The position numbers and the translations under genes were made by a program. The notes beneath the pieces were generated by a model. It saw nothing but the letters and a program-made list of their open reading frames with translations. It made no database searches and was not told where the DNA came from. This document shows positions 14,503 to 28,309 of a stretch of 64,000 nt of DNA, piece after piece (the stretch's first letter is position 1; each line of letters starts with the position of its first letter). The stretch lies in the NCBI GenBank assembly GCA_951406725.2, contig OX597826.1:71424001-71488000 (forward strand). The letters are read 5' to 3'. This stretch comes from Octopus vulgaris. Taxonomy: Eukaryota.

Positions 14503-14544
14503 ATATATACATAAATATATATACATACATATATATATACATAC

Positions 14545-14595
<51 letters not shown>

Positions 14596-14693
14596 TATAT
14601 ACATACATTTATATATACACATATATATATATACGTACATATATCTATATACGTATATATATACATACATTTATCTATATACATACATATATC

Positions 14694-14729
<36 letters not shown>

Positions 14730-14774
14730 CATACATATATATATATAATATAATATACATATATATATATGTAC

Positions 14775-14823
<49 letters not shown>

Positions 14824-15109
14824 TACATACATATATATATATACATACACATATATATATGCATATATACATATATATATATATATATATATGTACATAT
14901 ATATACATACATGCATATAAATATACATATATATACACACACATGCACATACACACACATATATATATAGTGATAATATTTCACGTGTTTACAGTTGACA
15001 ACACGTGCTGTCAAGCAGATGGAAACTACGTGGGTTTCTGTAAAAATAATCTTTAAGTGGGGAGGGGTCGAGTTACGTCTCCGCCATGTGCGCCATATAT
15101 AAATAAATA

Positions 15110-15141
<32 letters not shown>

Positions 15142-15411
15142 CCAGCATATATTGGTATATTGGTACAGGACATCACGAACGGTGTATATAACATGAAATA
15201 CGTAAACAAACGTGTTAAATACGTAAACAACGAGAAAAAAAAATCTACAACAGAACAAGTAAAAACACAGAAAGGACCCGTCATCAGTTAAGGGACCCTT
15301 CAACGAATGCTCGAAATGAGGAGTAGATAGATTGCCGACAACTGATGATGGGCCCCTTCTCTGTGTGTACTTGTCCTGTTTTCCATTTGTTTCTCGTTGC
15401 TTACGTACTTA

Positions 15412-15832
15412 TCTCACTCTTTTCTCTTTTACTCTTTTACATGTTTCAGTCATTTGACTGTGGCCATGCTGGAGCACCGCCTTTTAATCGACAACTCGAC
15501 CCCGGGACTTATTCTTTTGTAAGCTTAGTACTTATTCTATCTGTCTCTTTTGCCGAACCGCTAAGTAACTGGGACATAAACACACCAGCATCGGTTGTCA
15601 AGCAATGCTAGGGGGACAAACACAGACACACAAACACACACACGCATATACATATATATACATATATACGACGGGCTTCTTTCAGTTTCCGTCTACCAAA
15701 TCCACTCACAAGGTTTTGGTCGGCCCGAGGCTATAGTAGAAGACACTTGCCCAGGGTGCCACGCAGTGGGACTGAACCCGGAACCATGTGGTTGGTAGAC
15801 AAGCTACTTACCACAAAGCCACTCCTGCGCCT
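15412..15832 (-). mobile_element. SINE family B, full length
   Basis: Head GGCGCAGGAGTGGC, CORE-like segment, internal microsatellite, tail. Confidence 0.93.
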
Positions 15833-15903
15833 ATTTGCTTACGTATTTCATGTTATTTGAAACGTTGGTAATGTATGTACCCATATATGCTTGTGTGCGT
15901 GCG

Positions 15904-15965
<62 letters not shown>

Positions 15966-15968
<3 letters not shown>

Positions 15969-16100
15969 GTGAAATTTACAGAAAAACAAAAGACGAAGAC
16001 AGGTATATAAACAACAAGCAAGTGTATTAGTTTGACGCTCGGGAAGGTGGGAAAGTCTTTTACGTTTCGAGCCTACGCTCCTCAACAGAAAGGAACACGA
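15966..16100 (-). mobile_element. Penelope-like terminal remnant with degenerate hammerhead-like motif
   Basis: Minus strand CTGTTGAGGAGCGTAGGCTCGAAACGTAA; homologous to 19519-19705; abuts (TG)n. Confidence 0.6.
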
Positions 16101-16427
16101 GGAAGAGAATGAAAATGAAAGAGAGAGACATCGTCAGTGAACAAACACGAGTAAATAAACAGCATATTGCCTGTATTGAGCACTTGCTATCCTGCTTGTA
16201 CTCTTAAAAAAGAGTAATTAACAAAAACTTTGTGGATTTACTGGTCAATATATATATAGATATTATATATTATTTACTATATATATATATAGAGAGAGAG
16301 AGAGAGATTATATATTATTTACTGTTTATTATCTAATTGAACACGATGCATCCATTTCCAAGTAAGTTGTATATAAATATTCACACACACACACACACAT
16401 ACACACACACACAAAGGTGTGGATACA

Positions 16428-16597
16428 GGCGCAGGAGTGGTTGTGTGGTAAGTAGCTCGTTTACCAACCACATGGTTCTGGGTTCAGTCCCACTGCGTGG
16501 CACCTTGGGCAAGTGCCTTCTATATCCTCGGGCTGACCAAAGCCATGTGAGTGGATTTGGCAGACGGAAACTGAAAGAAGCCCGTCGTATATATATA

Positions 16598-16649
<52 letters not shown>

Positions 16650-16862
16650 GTGTGTGTGTTTGTGTATGTGTTTGTCCCCAACATCGCTTGACGTCTAATG
16701 CTGGTTTGTTTACGTCCCCGTAACTTAGCGGTTTGTCAAAAGAGACCGATAGAATAAGAAATAGGCTTACAAAGAATAAGTCCTGGGTTGATTTTCGCGA
16801 CTAAATGTGGTGCTCCAGCATGGCCGCAGTCAAATCATTGAAACAAGTAAAAGAATAAAAGA
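16428..16862 (+). mobile_element. SINE family B, full length
   Basis: Homology to other copies. Confidence 0.92.
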
Positions 16863-16901
16863 ACATATATATATATATACATACACGCAAACATACACAC
16901 A

Positions 16902-16961
<60 letters not shown>

Positions 16962-17310
16962 TATATATATATTATGAAGGCACTGAGCACAAATGAAACC
17001 AATATTACAACCCTTCTGGGGCATTGCCTTAAATAGTTCTTCGAACACATCGTCGGCCCCAGAACTTATTTTTCTGTTGATAAATGTATGTGTGAGTGTG
17101 TCGGGGGGGAGGGGACGAGAAAAAGGCAATCTCTCGGTAAAAGTTCATGACATCATGAGTGTATGTGACTGTATTTCACCGACTCGATGGAACTGAACGC
17201 TCACACTCGTGTACACACTCACTCACGACTGAGGTCGTGTACTAATTCCGAAACATTGCCATATATAAACATACATGCATGTATACACACGTAAACACTC
17301 ATACGCACAT

Positions 17311-17341
<31 letters not shown>

Positions 17342-17421
17342 TCGCGTGCATATGTATGTCTTAAAAAATGCTGATCAACTTCATCGCTTCTCGGAGTTCC
17401 TCGTTTGTCTTTGTAAAATAA

Positions 17422-17735
17422 TAAATGCGCCCTTTTAAAGCCTAGATGTTGACACCCTAACCACTAAGCCACGCGCCTCCACAAAATAAATGCGCCCTTT
17501 TTAAAGCCTAGCCAGGCTCATGGGCCCGGTTTCCCGGTTTCTGTGGCATATGGGTTCCCCAGCTGGACGGGACGCCAGTCCATTGCAGCGTTACTCATTT
17601 TTGCCAGCTGAGTGGACTGGAGCAACGTGAAATGAAGAGTTTTGCTCAAGAACACAACGCGTAGCTTGGTGCAGGAATCGAAATCACAATCTTATGATCA
17701 TGATGCTTACACCCTAACCACTAAGCCACGCGCCA
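17422..17735 (-). mobile_element. SINE family D plus an adjacent internally deleted copy
   Basis: tRNA-like head GGCGCGTGGCTTAGTGGTTAGG, CORE-like GTGTTCTTGAGCAAAAC, tail GGCGTCCCGTCCAG. Confidence 0.8.
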
Positions 17736-18072
17736 CCACGTTTGTTTTTATACGAGTAACAAAACTAGTCAGCGAAAACAAGCGAGTAACTCGGAGTAGC
17801 GAAGACACGACCGAGTGTGTATGTGCATGTGTGTGCGCGCGCGCGTATGTGTGTGACAGAGAGAGAGAGAGAGAGAGAGAATGAAAATGAAAGAGAGAGA
17901 GAGACATCGTCAGTGAACAAACACGAGTAAACACACAGCATATTGCGTGTATTGAGCACTTGCTATCCTGCTTGTACTCTTAAAAACATACCTGTGCGTA
18001 TGTTTGTTTGTGCGGACGTCGACGTATGTTTATGTGCATGTGTGTGAATGCTTATGCACATGTGAGTGTTTT

Positions 18073-18289
18073 ATCTTTTACTTGCTTCAGTCACTGGACT
18101 GCAGCCATACTGGAGCACTGGCTTGATGGTGTTTTATTCGAACAAATCAATCCCAGTATTAATTTGTCTTGAATTTTTTGTTGTTGTTGTTTTAAAGTTA
18201 GGTACTCAACCTATCGATCTTTTTTCGCCGAACAGCTAATGTTACGGAACGTAAACAAACATATATCGGCTGCCAAGTAGTGGGACGAA

Positions 18290-18355
<66 letters not shown>

Positions 18356-18760
18356 CATGCATTCATACGTACGACTGGCTTCCACACCGTTTCCGTCTAC
18401 CATATTCATTTACAAGGTGTGATCAGTCCTGGACTACGATAAAACACGCTTGCCCAAGCTGCTGCATTATGGGACTGAAGCCGAGACCAGAGGGTTGCAA
18501 AGCGAGCTTCTTAACCACACAGCCATGTATATAGTTATTCTTTCTTTTACTCGTTTCGTTTCAGTCATATGACTGCGGCCATGCTGGAGTACCGCCTTTT
18601 TTAGTCGAACAGATCAACCCCAGGACTTATTCTTTGTAAGCCTGGTACTTACTCTATTGGTCTATTTTGCTGAACGGGCAGGTTACTGGGACGTAAACAC
18701 ACCAACATCGGTTGTCAAGCGATCGTGGGGTGACAAACACAGACATACAAATACATACTT
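18073..18760 (-). mobile_element. Two SINE family B copies (one old full copy, one 3' half)
   Basis: Homology to family B. Confidence 0.8.
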
Positions 18761-18766
18761 ACATAT

Positions 18767-18815
<49 letters not shown>

Positions 18816-18862
18816 ATTTGCCTAATAGTGGTTTTGATCTCTAATTTAATATTATATATATA

Positions 18863-18924
<62 letters not shown>

Positions 18925-18925
<1 letters not shown>

Positions 18926-19702
18926 AGACCGAAGTGTACAGACGCCGCCATATGTATATAAAAAGAAGTAAAAAAAACTGGGAGAAGAGCGCAAAACATC
19001 CAGACAGATTATACAAAAGAGGGACAAGAAAAAACACGGACGGGTCATTCGAAGTTCTTTCTTCAGTCGAGTTCCAGATTATGTATGCAATTTCGGCTGG
19101 TTATACTCGAGATTGCTCCAAACTGGCCATCCCCAAGGAAAAACTAAGCTAAGAGTATTAGATTCCTTGGAAGAAAGCATCGGATCTATACGAAACAAGG
19201 ACGGGAAAAAAACGGAGAAATGGTACACAAATACAAATACAAATAACAGGACATAACAACAGGTGTCTTTCGACTAAGGATGAATTAAATTAAGTGAAGC
19301 GTTACGGCAGGGACATAAGAGATGACAGGCATGGGGGGGATATAGATGTTGCACAGATGGTAGTCGAACCAAGAAAGAAAGGTCAGGCTTGGCCGAACAC
19401 CGGTCACGTGGGGAGAGAGAAAAGAGGTAGAGGCAGAGGGACATATGACTGAAACGAGTAAAAGAAAGAAAAACTATATACACTCTAGTCTCGGGTTCAG
19501 TGTATGTATATATATATATAGGGAGAGTTCACGAAATAAACAAAAGACGAAGACAGGTGGTATACAAAACAAACAGATGTATTAGTATAACGCTCAGGAA
19601 TTGAATAAGTATTTTACGTTTCGAGCCTACGCTCTTCTACAGAAAGGGACACAGAAAAAAACAAGGAGAGAATGTGTGTAGTGGCTACCGATCTATCATG
19701 GC

Positions 19703-19705
<3 letters not shown>
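18925..19705 (-). mobile_element. Penelope-like terminal remnants between (TA)n tracts
   Basis: Degenerate motifs CTGAAGAAAGAACTTCGAA and CTGTAGAAGAGCGTAGGCTCGAAACG on the minus strand; embedded in TA repeats. Confidence 0.5.
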
Positions 19706-19751
<46 letters not shown>

Positions 19752-19865
19752 GCACACACAAGACGAGCTTCTTTCAGTTTCCCTCTACCAAATCCACTTA
19801 TAGCGCGAGACTAGAAAAAAATTCCATTAAATGTTCTGTTTTCTTTTATTATTCACTAATGAACA

Positions 19866-20263
19866 GGCGGCGAGTTGGCAGAAACGTTAGCACGCCGGAC
19901 GGATTGCTTTGCGGTATTTCGTCTGCCGTTACGTTCTGAGTTCAAATTCCGCCGAAGTCGACTTTGCCTTTCATCCTGTCGGGGTCGATAAATTAAGTAC
20001 CAGTTACGCACTGGGGTCGATGTAATCGACTTAATCCGTTTATCTGTCCTTGTTTGTCCTCTCTGTGTTTAGCCCATTGTGGGTAGTAAAGAAATAGGTA
20101 TTTCGCCTGTCTTTCCGTTCTGAGTTCAAATTCTGCTGAGGTCGACTTTGCTTTTCGTCCTTTCGGTAACGATAAATTAAGTACCAGTTGCGAACCGGGG
20201 TTGATCTAATCGACTGCCACCCTCCCACCCCAAATTTCAGAACTTGTGCCTATAGCAGAAAAG
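19866..20263 (+). mobile_element. SINE family C dimer: head-body-tailA-body-tailB
   Basis: Second body starts at AAAGAAATAGGTATTTCG near 20095 and ends in tail type B. Confidence 0.88.
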
Positions 20264-21153
20264 TATATTTCGACAGTTACAGAATATAGAAAGAAGTGGT
20301 AAAACCGATAACTCTGCAATCCAACCAAAATATCTCAGTTACGCACATGTAAACAGAATTACTGCTTAGCCTTAAAATACATCGTACATATTCAGAGAAT
20401 CCTCCTGGTTTAGTGGTACGGAATGTTTTTCTCCTATTCTTTTATTCTGTTACTTGTTTCAGTCATTTGACGGTGGCCATGCTTGAGCACCACCCTTTAG
20501 TCGAAGAAATTACCCCCTGGATTTATTCCCTGCAATCTGAGGCACCGCCTTGAAGAATTTTAGTCGAAAGAATCGACCAAAGTATTTACTTTTTTTAAAA
20601 GCCTGGTACTTATTCTATCGGCCACGTAATCACACCAGCACATGTCAAGGCCGTTCAAGAATTTGGACCTGGAGATCTCCATTTCCAGTGCACCCCAAGA
20701 TTTATCGTTTTCAGTAAATGCAAAAGATTTGATAGATGGCTGTTCAATTTTAGTAGTCCTTTGAAGACTATATAATCAACGGGCTTCTTTCAGTTTTCGT
20801 CAACCAAATTCACTCACAGGTGAATTTGGTAGTTCGAGGCTACAGTAGAAGACATTTGGAATCTGTTCAATTTGATTCACAGATATTTAATTTTTTTTTT
20901 TTAACTAAACAGTTTGAAACTTCGTATACTGGTGGAATGTCTCGTTCAGAACAGTTTACTTTGAACATTTTTGACAAAATTTCCTCTTTTAGAAGTTATT
21001 ACATGTTAAAGTTGTTGTATTTGGGTAATTTCAACCAATCAACGACGTGTATTCGGTTGAAGAAAGCTACTGCAGTTTGCGATAGGGATCGAAGAGGAAC
21101 AAGTTCCAGGTCATCTCTGCTAAATGTTACCACTCTTCTATTTTATTTATTTA

Positions 21154-21545
21154 CTAGCAGTATCACCGGCGTTGCTCGGGTTTGTTTCGACCCTTTAGAA
21201 TTGAAATTTTTGAAAAGTAAAAATTTTGCATTATGTAGCTTGTTATTTTCTTTAAGTGAACATTTTCCTGGTCGATATACACCGAAAAATGACGACACAG
21301 CAGTCAAAAAATCGTAAAAAATAGGGATTTTCAAAGGAAAAAAAGAACCTTTTTGATGTAAATAATTTTTGGTGTTAACATGGTCCGATTTGAATTTTTT
21401 CTTCTATGGAAGGAAGAGCAAGCCTTCTTCTATCATTCTCTCAATTTTGGTCAACTTGCACTGCAGGGTCTCGGAGGAGATAGTGTTAGTTGAAGGCTAC
21501 CAAAACTGCCATACACAGACAACTTCAGCTTTATATATAGAGAGA
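21154..21545 (-). mobile_element. Non-autonomous Helitron (about 390 bp)
   Basis: 5' TC, 3' hairpin plus CTAG, sits between A and T; inverted homologue of 21703-22087. Confidence 0.88.
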
Positions 21546-21702
21546 TATATTGGTTCTATCATCGGAGTAACCAGTAAACATCGAAGAATCAACACCAAAA
21601 AGGAAGAAATATTATTTAAATATATTTATTCGTCTGTCCGCGAACCGGGAACCATGTGGTTGGAAAGCAAACTTCTTTTCTGCATAGCTGCGCCTCCGCT
21701 TA

Positions 21703-22087
21703 TCTCTCTATATATAAAGCTGAAGTTGTCTGTGTATGGCAGGTTTGGTAACCTTCAACTAACACTATCTCCTCCGAGACCCTGCAGCGCAAGTTGACCA
21801 AAATTGAGAGTATAATAGAAGAAGGCTTGCTCTTCCTTCCGTAGAAGAAAAAATTCAAATCGGACAATGTTAACACCAAAAATTATTTACATCAAAAAGA
21901 TACTATTTTTCTATGAAAATCCCTATTTTTGACTGTTGTGCCTCCATTTTTCGGTGTATTTCAACCAGAAAAATGTTCACTTAAAGAGAATAAATAACAA
22001 GCTACATAATGCAAAATTTTTACTTTTCAAAAATTTCAATTCTAAAGGGTCGAAACAAACCCGAGCAACGCCGGGCGATACTGCTAG
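21703..22087 (+). mobile_element. Non-autonomous Helitron (about 385 bp)
   Basis: A|TCTCTCTATATATAAAG...CCCGAGCAACGCCGGG-CGATACTG-CTAG|T. Confidence 0.9.
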
Positions 22088-22403
22088 TTTGTGTTAAAAG
22101 TGATATTTTCTATTAGTTTTATTTTTCTCACAAACTGAAAGCTTCTTTCCTTCCGTGGGCGCGCGCGCGTGTGTATGTATGCCAAGATGATGACGTTAAT
22201 TCATTTATTTATTTATTTATTTTATTTTATTTAATGCAAGTTATTAAAAGCGAGTAGTGAATCTGTCCCAGAAAAATGTCAACACAGACAGACCTGTTGC
22301 TGGCTGCTTGCTGACTGCCAATATCAGACAGCATTGTGTTTTATACCATTTCATAGATGTTAGTTGATAGTGTGGTTTTCCTGTTGTAAATATTTTTCCT
22401 ACA

Positions 22404-22446
<43 letters not shown>

Positions 22447-22608
22447 ACGGACTTTGCAAACTTTGTAAACACGCACACGCGGCCAACACCAGAACGGGCA
22501 GAATTTGTTGCACCGATCGAGATGATGGATGTATTTGTCTCTTATTCTTTACATGTTTCAGTCAATGGACTGCGGCCATGCTGCAGCACTGCCTTGAACG
22601 GTTTAGTC

Positions 22609-22827
22609 CAGTGGTTTTCAACCAGGGTTCCGCGAATCCTTGAGGTTCCGCCAGTACAGTCCAGGGGTTCCGCAAGAAGTTACAAAAACGCTAAAATCGA
22701 CAGTAATTTTTAATTCTCCTGTGCAGATATGTGTGCATAAGACAATTAAATTATTGCACAGGGGTTCCTCGAGCCAGTGAAATGCTTTCTTGGGGTTCCG
22801 CTCCAGCAAAAAGGTTGAAAAGCACTG
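22609..22827. mobile_element. hAT MITE inserted in an old family B SINE
   Basis: TIRs CAGTGGTTTTCAACC / GGTTGAAAAGCACTG; perfect 8 bp TSD GTTTAGTC. Confidence 0.92.
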
Positions 22828-23237
22828 GTTTAGTCGAACAAATCGATTCTAATACTTGTGTGTGTATGTGTGTGTGTGTGTGATTTTTTTTAAAAGTTTG
22901 GTGCTTATTCTATTGGTGTCAACTGAAGTTTTTACAAGTTATGGGGGAGGGCGTAAACTAGCCAACACCGGTTGCCAAGTGTTAGTGGGAAACAAATGCA
23001 ACTCAAATATGTATATATGCGACGGCAGCGTGGCGACGGTCGTGTCGGTTTGGAGAACTCGGCAGAGGGAAGACTCGCCGCTCCTCCGCTTTCTTCTTTT
23101 TTCCTTCGCGCTTGTTCGTCGCTACCGCACCGCTGTAGTATCAGTTACGACCGATATCGATGAAAAAAAAATAGCGGTGCCCCAGCATGGCCGCGGTCAA
23201 ATGAATGGGACAAGTAAAAGAATAAAAGAATATATAA

Positions 23238-23630
23238 GGGATCTTTTCGGTTTGAACGGCAGTTTTTTTCTAGTGGTGTCATATGAAATTGTCACCCATA
23301 ATTATGACCCCAGTATCGATCTATTGCATTTCAATCTATTCTAGGGTTAGGGGTGGGGGGAAAGGGTATTTTTTTTTTCACAAATGTAAATAAACCCGGT
23401 CTGTTTCTTAAACGAGGGACATATTCATACGGCACAGAATGTTGTTTACCTCAATGGACGTCAGTGATTGGTTGAAATTGCAGAAATTGAAGAAAAACAA
23501 CAGCAAATATCTTACAAACCATAGAATTTTCTCAATAAAGCCAAGAGAAAAAGATGTTTTATAAACACATTCTACCAGTATACGAAGTTTAAAATTTTTT
23601 AGTTACCTAGTAATTATGTTAAAAACTGCC
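23238..23630. mobile_element. MITE-like DNA element with GGGATCTTTTC termini
   Basis: GGCAGTTTTT...AAAAACTGCC inverted ends; related fragments at 20858-21075 and 58097-58330. Superfamily not assigned. Confidence 0.6.
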
Positions 23631-23651
23631 AGACCATCGCAGCATTACTCA

Positions 23652-23837
23652 AGAAACAGGAAGAAAGAGTGAGAGAAAGTTGTGGAGAATGAATACAACA
23701 GGGCCCCTGTCGGAGCCTCGTGGAGCTTTTAAGTGTTTTCGCTCAATAAACACACACAACACCCGGTCTGGGAATCGAAACCGCGATCCTCCGACCGCGA
23801 GTGCGCTGCTCTAACCACTGGGCCATTGCGCCTCCAC
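23652..23837 (-). mobile_element. SINE family A, 5' part
   Basis: tRNA-like head matches 50424. Confidence 0.85.
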
Positions 23838-23919
23838 GCTAAATAATACAGTGGACAGTATAAAGACGTCTCGGATTCTGGTGGTTGTATAGTTTATCCA
23901 TTGTGTGTATATATATATA

Positions 23920-24103
23920 TATACACACACACATATATACGACAGGCTTCTTTCAGTTTCCGTCTACTAAATCCACTCACAAGGTTTTGGTCGGCCCGAG
24001 GCTATAGTAGAAGACACTTGCCCATGGTGTCACGCAGTGGCACTGAACCCGGAACCATGTGGTTGGTAAGCAAGCTACTTACCACACAGCCACTCCTGCG
24101 CCT
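23920..24103 (-). mobile_element. SINE family B, 5' half
   Basis: Head and CORE-like segment up to the internal microsatellite. Confidence 0.9.
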
Positions 24104-24354
24104 ATATAAAATATTTATTTGTTGCGACATAGGAGTAGTTACTCGGTGACCTAGTGTTTGAAAAAGTGCTTTGCCACGGAACTCTGTATGCCTGATTGAC
24201 TCCTATAATATACTCAGCTAATGTCTAAATAAATAAATATGTGAGGGTGACTATATATACCAGACGAGCTTGACGTTGAGTGACAGAATGACAGTGCATT
24301 GCCAACAGATTCGGGACCGCAGAACTAGGAAGATTTCTATAAATAAACATCTAG

Positions 24355-24383
24355 ATTAGTGCAACGCCGGGCTATGCTGCTAG
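24355..24383 (+). mobile_element. Helitron 3' terminus
   Basis: GCAACGCCGGGCTATGCTGCTAG|T, same type as 22065-22087. Confidence 0.6.
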
Positions 24384-24646
24384 TTTTCCTATATTCTTTA
24401 GTGCGTGGAAATACACTTATTTTCTCATGGTCGTTCTTTGTGTTACTTGTCTTGTTTAGCATTTTTTTTCCTCTTGTTGCTTGCGTATTTAACTGATTTG
24501 TTTTTGTATTTCATGTTCTTTACTGTTGGTGACATCCTGTATCCATATATGCCTCTGTGTGTGTATTATTTATATTATTAGTTAACTGAACGCCTTGCAT
24601 CAATTTCCAAGTATATGAGTGTGTGTGTGTGTATATATATACATAT

Positions 24647-25041
24647 TACTCTTTTACTCTTTTACTTGTTTCAGTCATTTGACTGCGGCCATGCTGGAGC
24701 ACCGCCTTTAGTCGAGCAAATCGACCCCGGGACTTATTCTTTGTAAGCCCGGTACTTATTCTATCGGTCTCTTTTACCGAACCGCTAAGTGACGGGGACG
24801 TAAACACACCAGCATCGTTTGTCAAGCAATGCTAGGGGGACAAACATATACATACACATTCATATATATATATATACATATATACGACAGGCTTCTTTCA
24901 GTTTCCGTCTACCAAATCCACTCACAAGGCTTTGGTCGGCCCGAGGCTATAGCAGAAGACACTTGCCCAAGATGCCACGCAGTGGGACTGAACCCAGAAC
25001 CATGTGGCTGGTTAGCAAGCTACTTACCACACAGCCACTCC
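24647..25041 (-). mobile_element. SINE family B
   Basis: Homology to other copies. Confidence 0.92.
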
Positions 25042-25106
25042 ATATTATAGAAATTTTTTGTATCAGTGGCCTAGTATGTATACAAAGTCACTAGACATAT
25101 TTTTCA

Positions 25107-25436
<330 letters not shown>

Positions 25437-25445
25437 ATGTATATA

Positions 25446-25489
<44 letters not shown>

Positions 25490-25519
25490 TATACTGAAAC
25501 TGGAAAAATCAAAATCAAA

Positions 25520-25625
<106 letters not shown>

Positions 25626-25713
25626 TGGTGGCGTGGATTTCCACCTCGGCATCCGAAACTCGGAGTTTTATCACATATTACATTTACAGATATATATTTG
25701 TATATATGTATAA

Positions 25714-25777
<64 letters not shown>

Positions 25778-25796
25778 ATGTATATATGTGAGTGTA

Positions 25797-25841
<45 letters not shown>

Positions 25842-26373
25842 CTAGAGATGCATATATATATATATATATATAGACATGCATATACATAATAGACATATAT
25901 GTATGTGTATGTATGTGTATGTATGTGTATGTATGTGTGTGTGTGTAGATGTCTATGTGCTTGTATCTATGTATGTATGTACATAGGAATGTGTCTTATA
26001 TATTTCTTGTGATGAACCTGGACATATCAGTGATGCTACCTGGTGTCAGTGAGTATTATGTGTTTTTCAACAATAAGATGACCCCACCCAGATGGCCCAG
26101 CCAAATTCGAACGAAGCTTCAGTTTGTGTCTTGTGGGTAGCAGTACCCCGGTAGAAGTACCCCGCCAATGGCTCATACCTCTTGATCCACAATTACTTTG
26201 AAACAACTTCTGTCGTCTCGCTAGCCAAATCTCGCGCATGGGCAATGAAGATTGACGGCAAACACGTTGTAGGCTTCGGTGAGGTTTCGATCTACGAATT
26301 TTCTACATCCTAGGTCAATCACACCTTTTTGTACGCCTCTCATTGTTTCAACAAAACTCCACCACATCGTGTG

Positions 26374-26405
<32 letters not shown>

Positions 26406-26820
26406 ATCTAATATAGAGTGGTTGTATACTGTCAACTTAACGTGACAGTAAGGGAATTACACCACCGCTGTTTAGCCCTAGGAAGCATCGACGCTTCCTG
26501 TCGGCCTCGACACATTTCCTGTGTCTAATTTAATATAATATAATATAAATTGGACATGGGCGATCGTTGTATTTTTGCTTGTCTTGAGGTTCACAGCCAA
26601 ACGGCCGGGTGGATTCCTGTGAAAAATGGCACACATGTGGAGATGGGTGCATAGATTGGAATGCAGTTTGTATATTTTTTCTTAGCCCCCATACTTACCG
26701 AGAAAATCGGGTAGTAAAGAAATAGGTATTTCGTCCGGTCTTTTTGTTCTGAGTTCAAATTTCACCGAGTTCGACTTTGCCTTTCATCCCTTCCGGGGTC
26801 GAATATTGGAGTCAGCATAA

Positions 26821-27053
26821 CCTATTTCTTTACTACCCACAAGGGTCTAAACACAGAGGCGACAAACAAGGACAGACAAACTGATTAAGTCGGGTGTATC
26901 GACCCCAGTGCATAACTGGTACTTAATTTATCGACCCCGAAAGGATGAAAGGCAAAGTCGACCTCGGTGGGATTTGAACTCAGAACGTAACGGCAGACGA
27001 AATACGGCTCCGCATTTAGCCCGACGTGCTAAAGATTCTGCCAGCTCACCAAC
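26821..27053 (-). mobile_element. SINE family C monomer, tail type A
   Basis: 16 bp TSD TGGAGTCA(G/A)CATAACC at 26807-26822 and 27057-27072. Confidence 0.88.
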
Positions 27054-27564
27054 CTATGGAGTCAACATAACCGACATAACCCTTCCCTTGAATTTACTGT
27101 GAGTGAATGTGCCACCGAGCATTTTGTCCGGCGCGCCAACTACTTTGCCAGCTCACCGCTTTAGACTTCAAAAAAGGTAATAATAGGTACTGGGGTCGAT
27201 TAATTTCACTGAAGATTCTTCATGGCGGTACGTCCAGATGGCCGCAGTCCAATGACTGAAACAAGTAAAAAAATTCCCTTGAATTTACTGGCCTTGTGCC
27301 AAAATTTGAAATTAATATTTGTGGTTTGTTTATGTTATGTTCTTGATGTTGCCGGCAATAATCTATTCATCTGTTTGGAGCCAGATTTCTAGGCGATTCT
27401 TGTAGGCTTCGAGCACCTATGTCTCCCGCTTCTATTATTTTTGGTGCGGTAATAAGATGTTTACTATAATGTTAATTAGAACTTTTTGCATTGCGTGTAT
27501 GTGTATAAGCGGTCGTATGTGTGTGTGTGTAAGAGAGAGTTAGCATGTGTATATGTGTACGTGT

Positions 27565-27627
<63 letters not shown>

Positions 27628-28309
27628 CAAAAAAGTAATAATAGGTACTGGGGTCGATTAATTTGACTGAAGATTCTTCATGGCGGTACGTCCAGGTGGT
27701 CGATTAATTTGACTGAAGATTCTTCATGGCGGTACGTCCAGGTGGTCGCAGTCCAATGACTGAAGCAAGTAAAAAAAATAAAAGGTAACAATTATAGTCT
27801 CTCAATGCTCTGATAACACAGTGTTTAGTATAATAATGCTGTGACGATCATTAAAACATTATTACAAAAAAATACTGCTTATTAGAATTAGTCACACCTA
27901 AGCGAATATTGTTCATTACAATTACAGTCTGTCTCTGCTTGCATGAATAATGCTTTTCACAGCAACATTGCTATCTCTCTGCCCTTCCTAATAATATTCA
28001 TTTACAACAAAACTGTCCTATATGCCTTGACATAAAATGTTTTTCATTGTAAATATTTTTAAAAGTTCTATTATGTGTTAAATATTACCACTCTCTTTTA
28101 CGGCACGAAGTAAATATTTTTAATAATTGTACTAACAGTTTAAACACGACCACTCCCTACCACAGCATTTGAATTATGGTAAGCAAATAAATCTACATGA
28201 TAATTTTTACATGCATAAAATTGAATTTACTGAGGTTATGTTACTGCAAAAATGAAACCTGATAAATTATTCTGTCATAACGGGCAGCAAAAATTGCTTT
28301 TTAAATGCT

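Noticed and set aside
24819-25094. Recurrent small ORFs such as RQASFSFRLPNPLTRLWSARGYSRRHLP
   Set aside because: Antisense translations of SINE family B copies, not a gene family.
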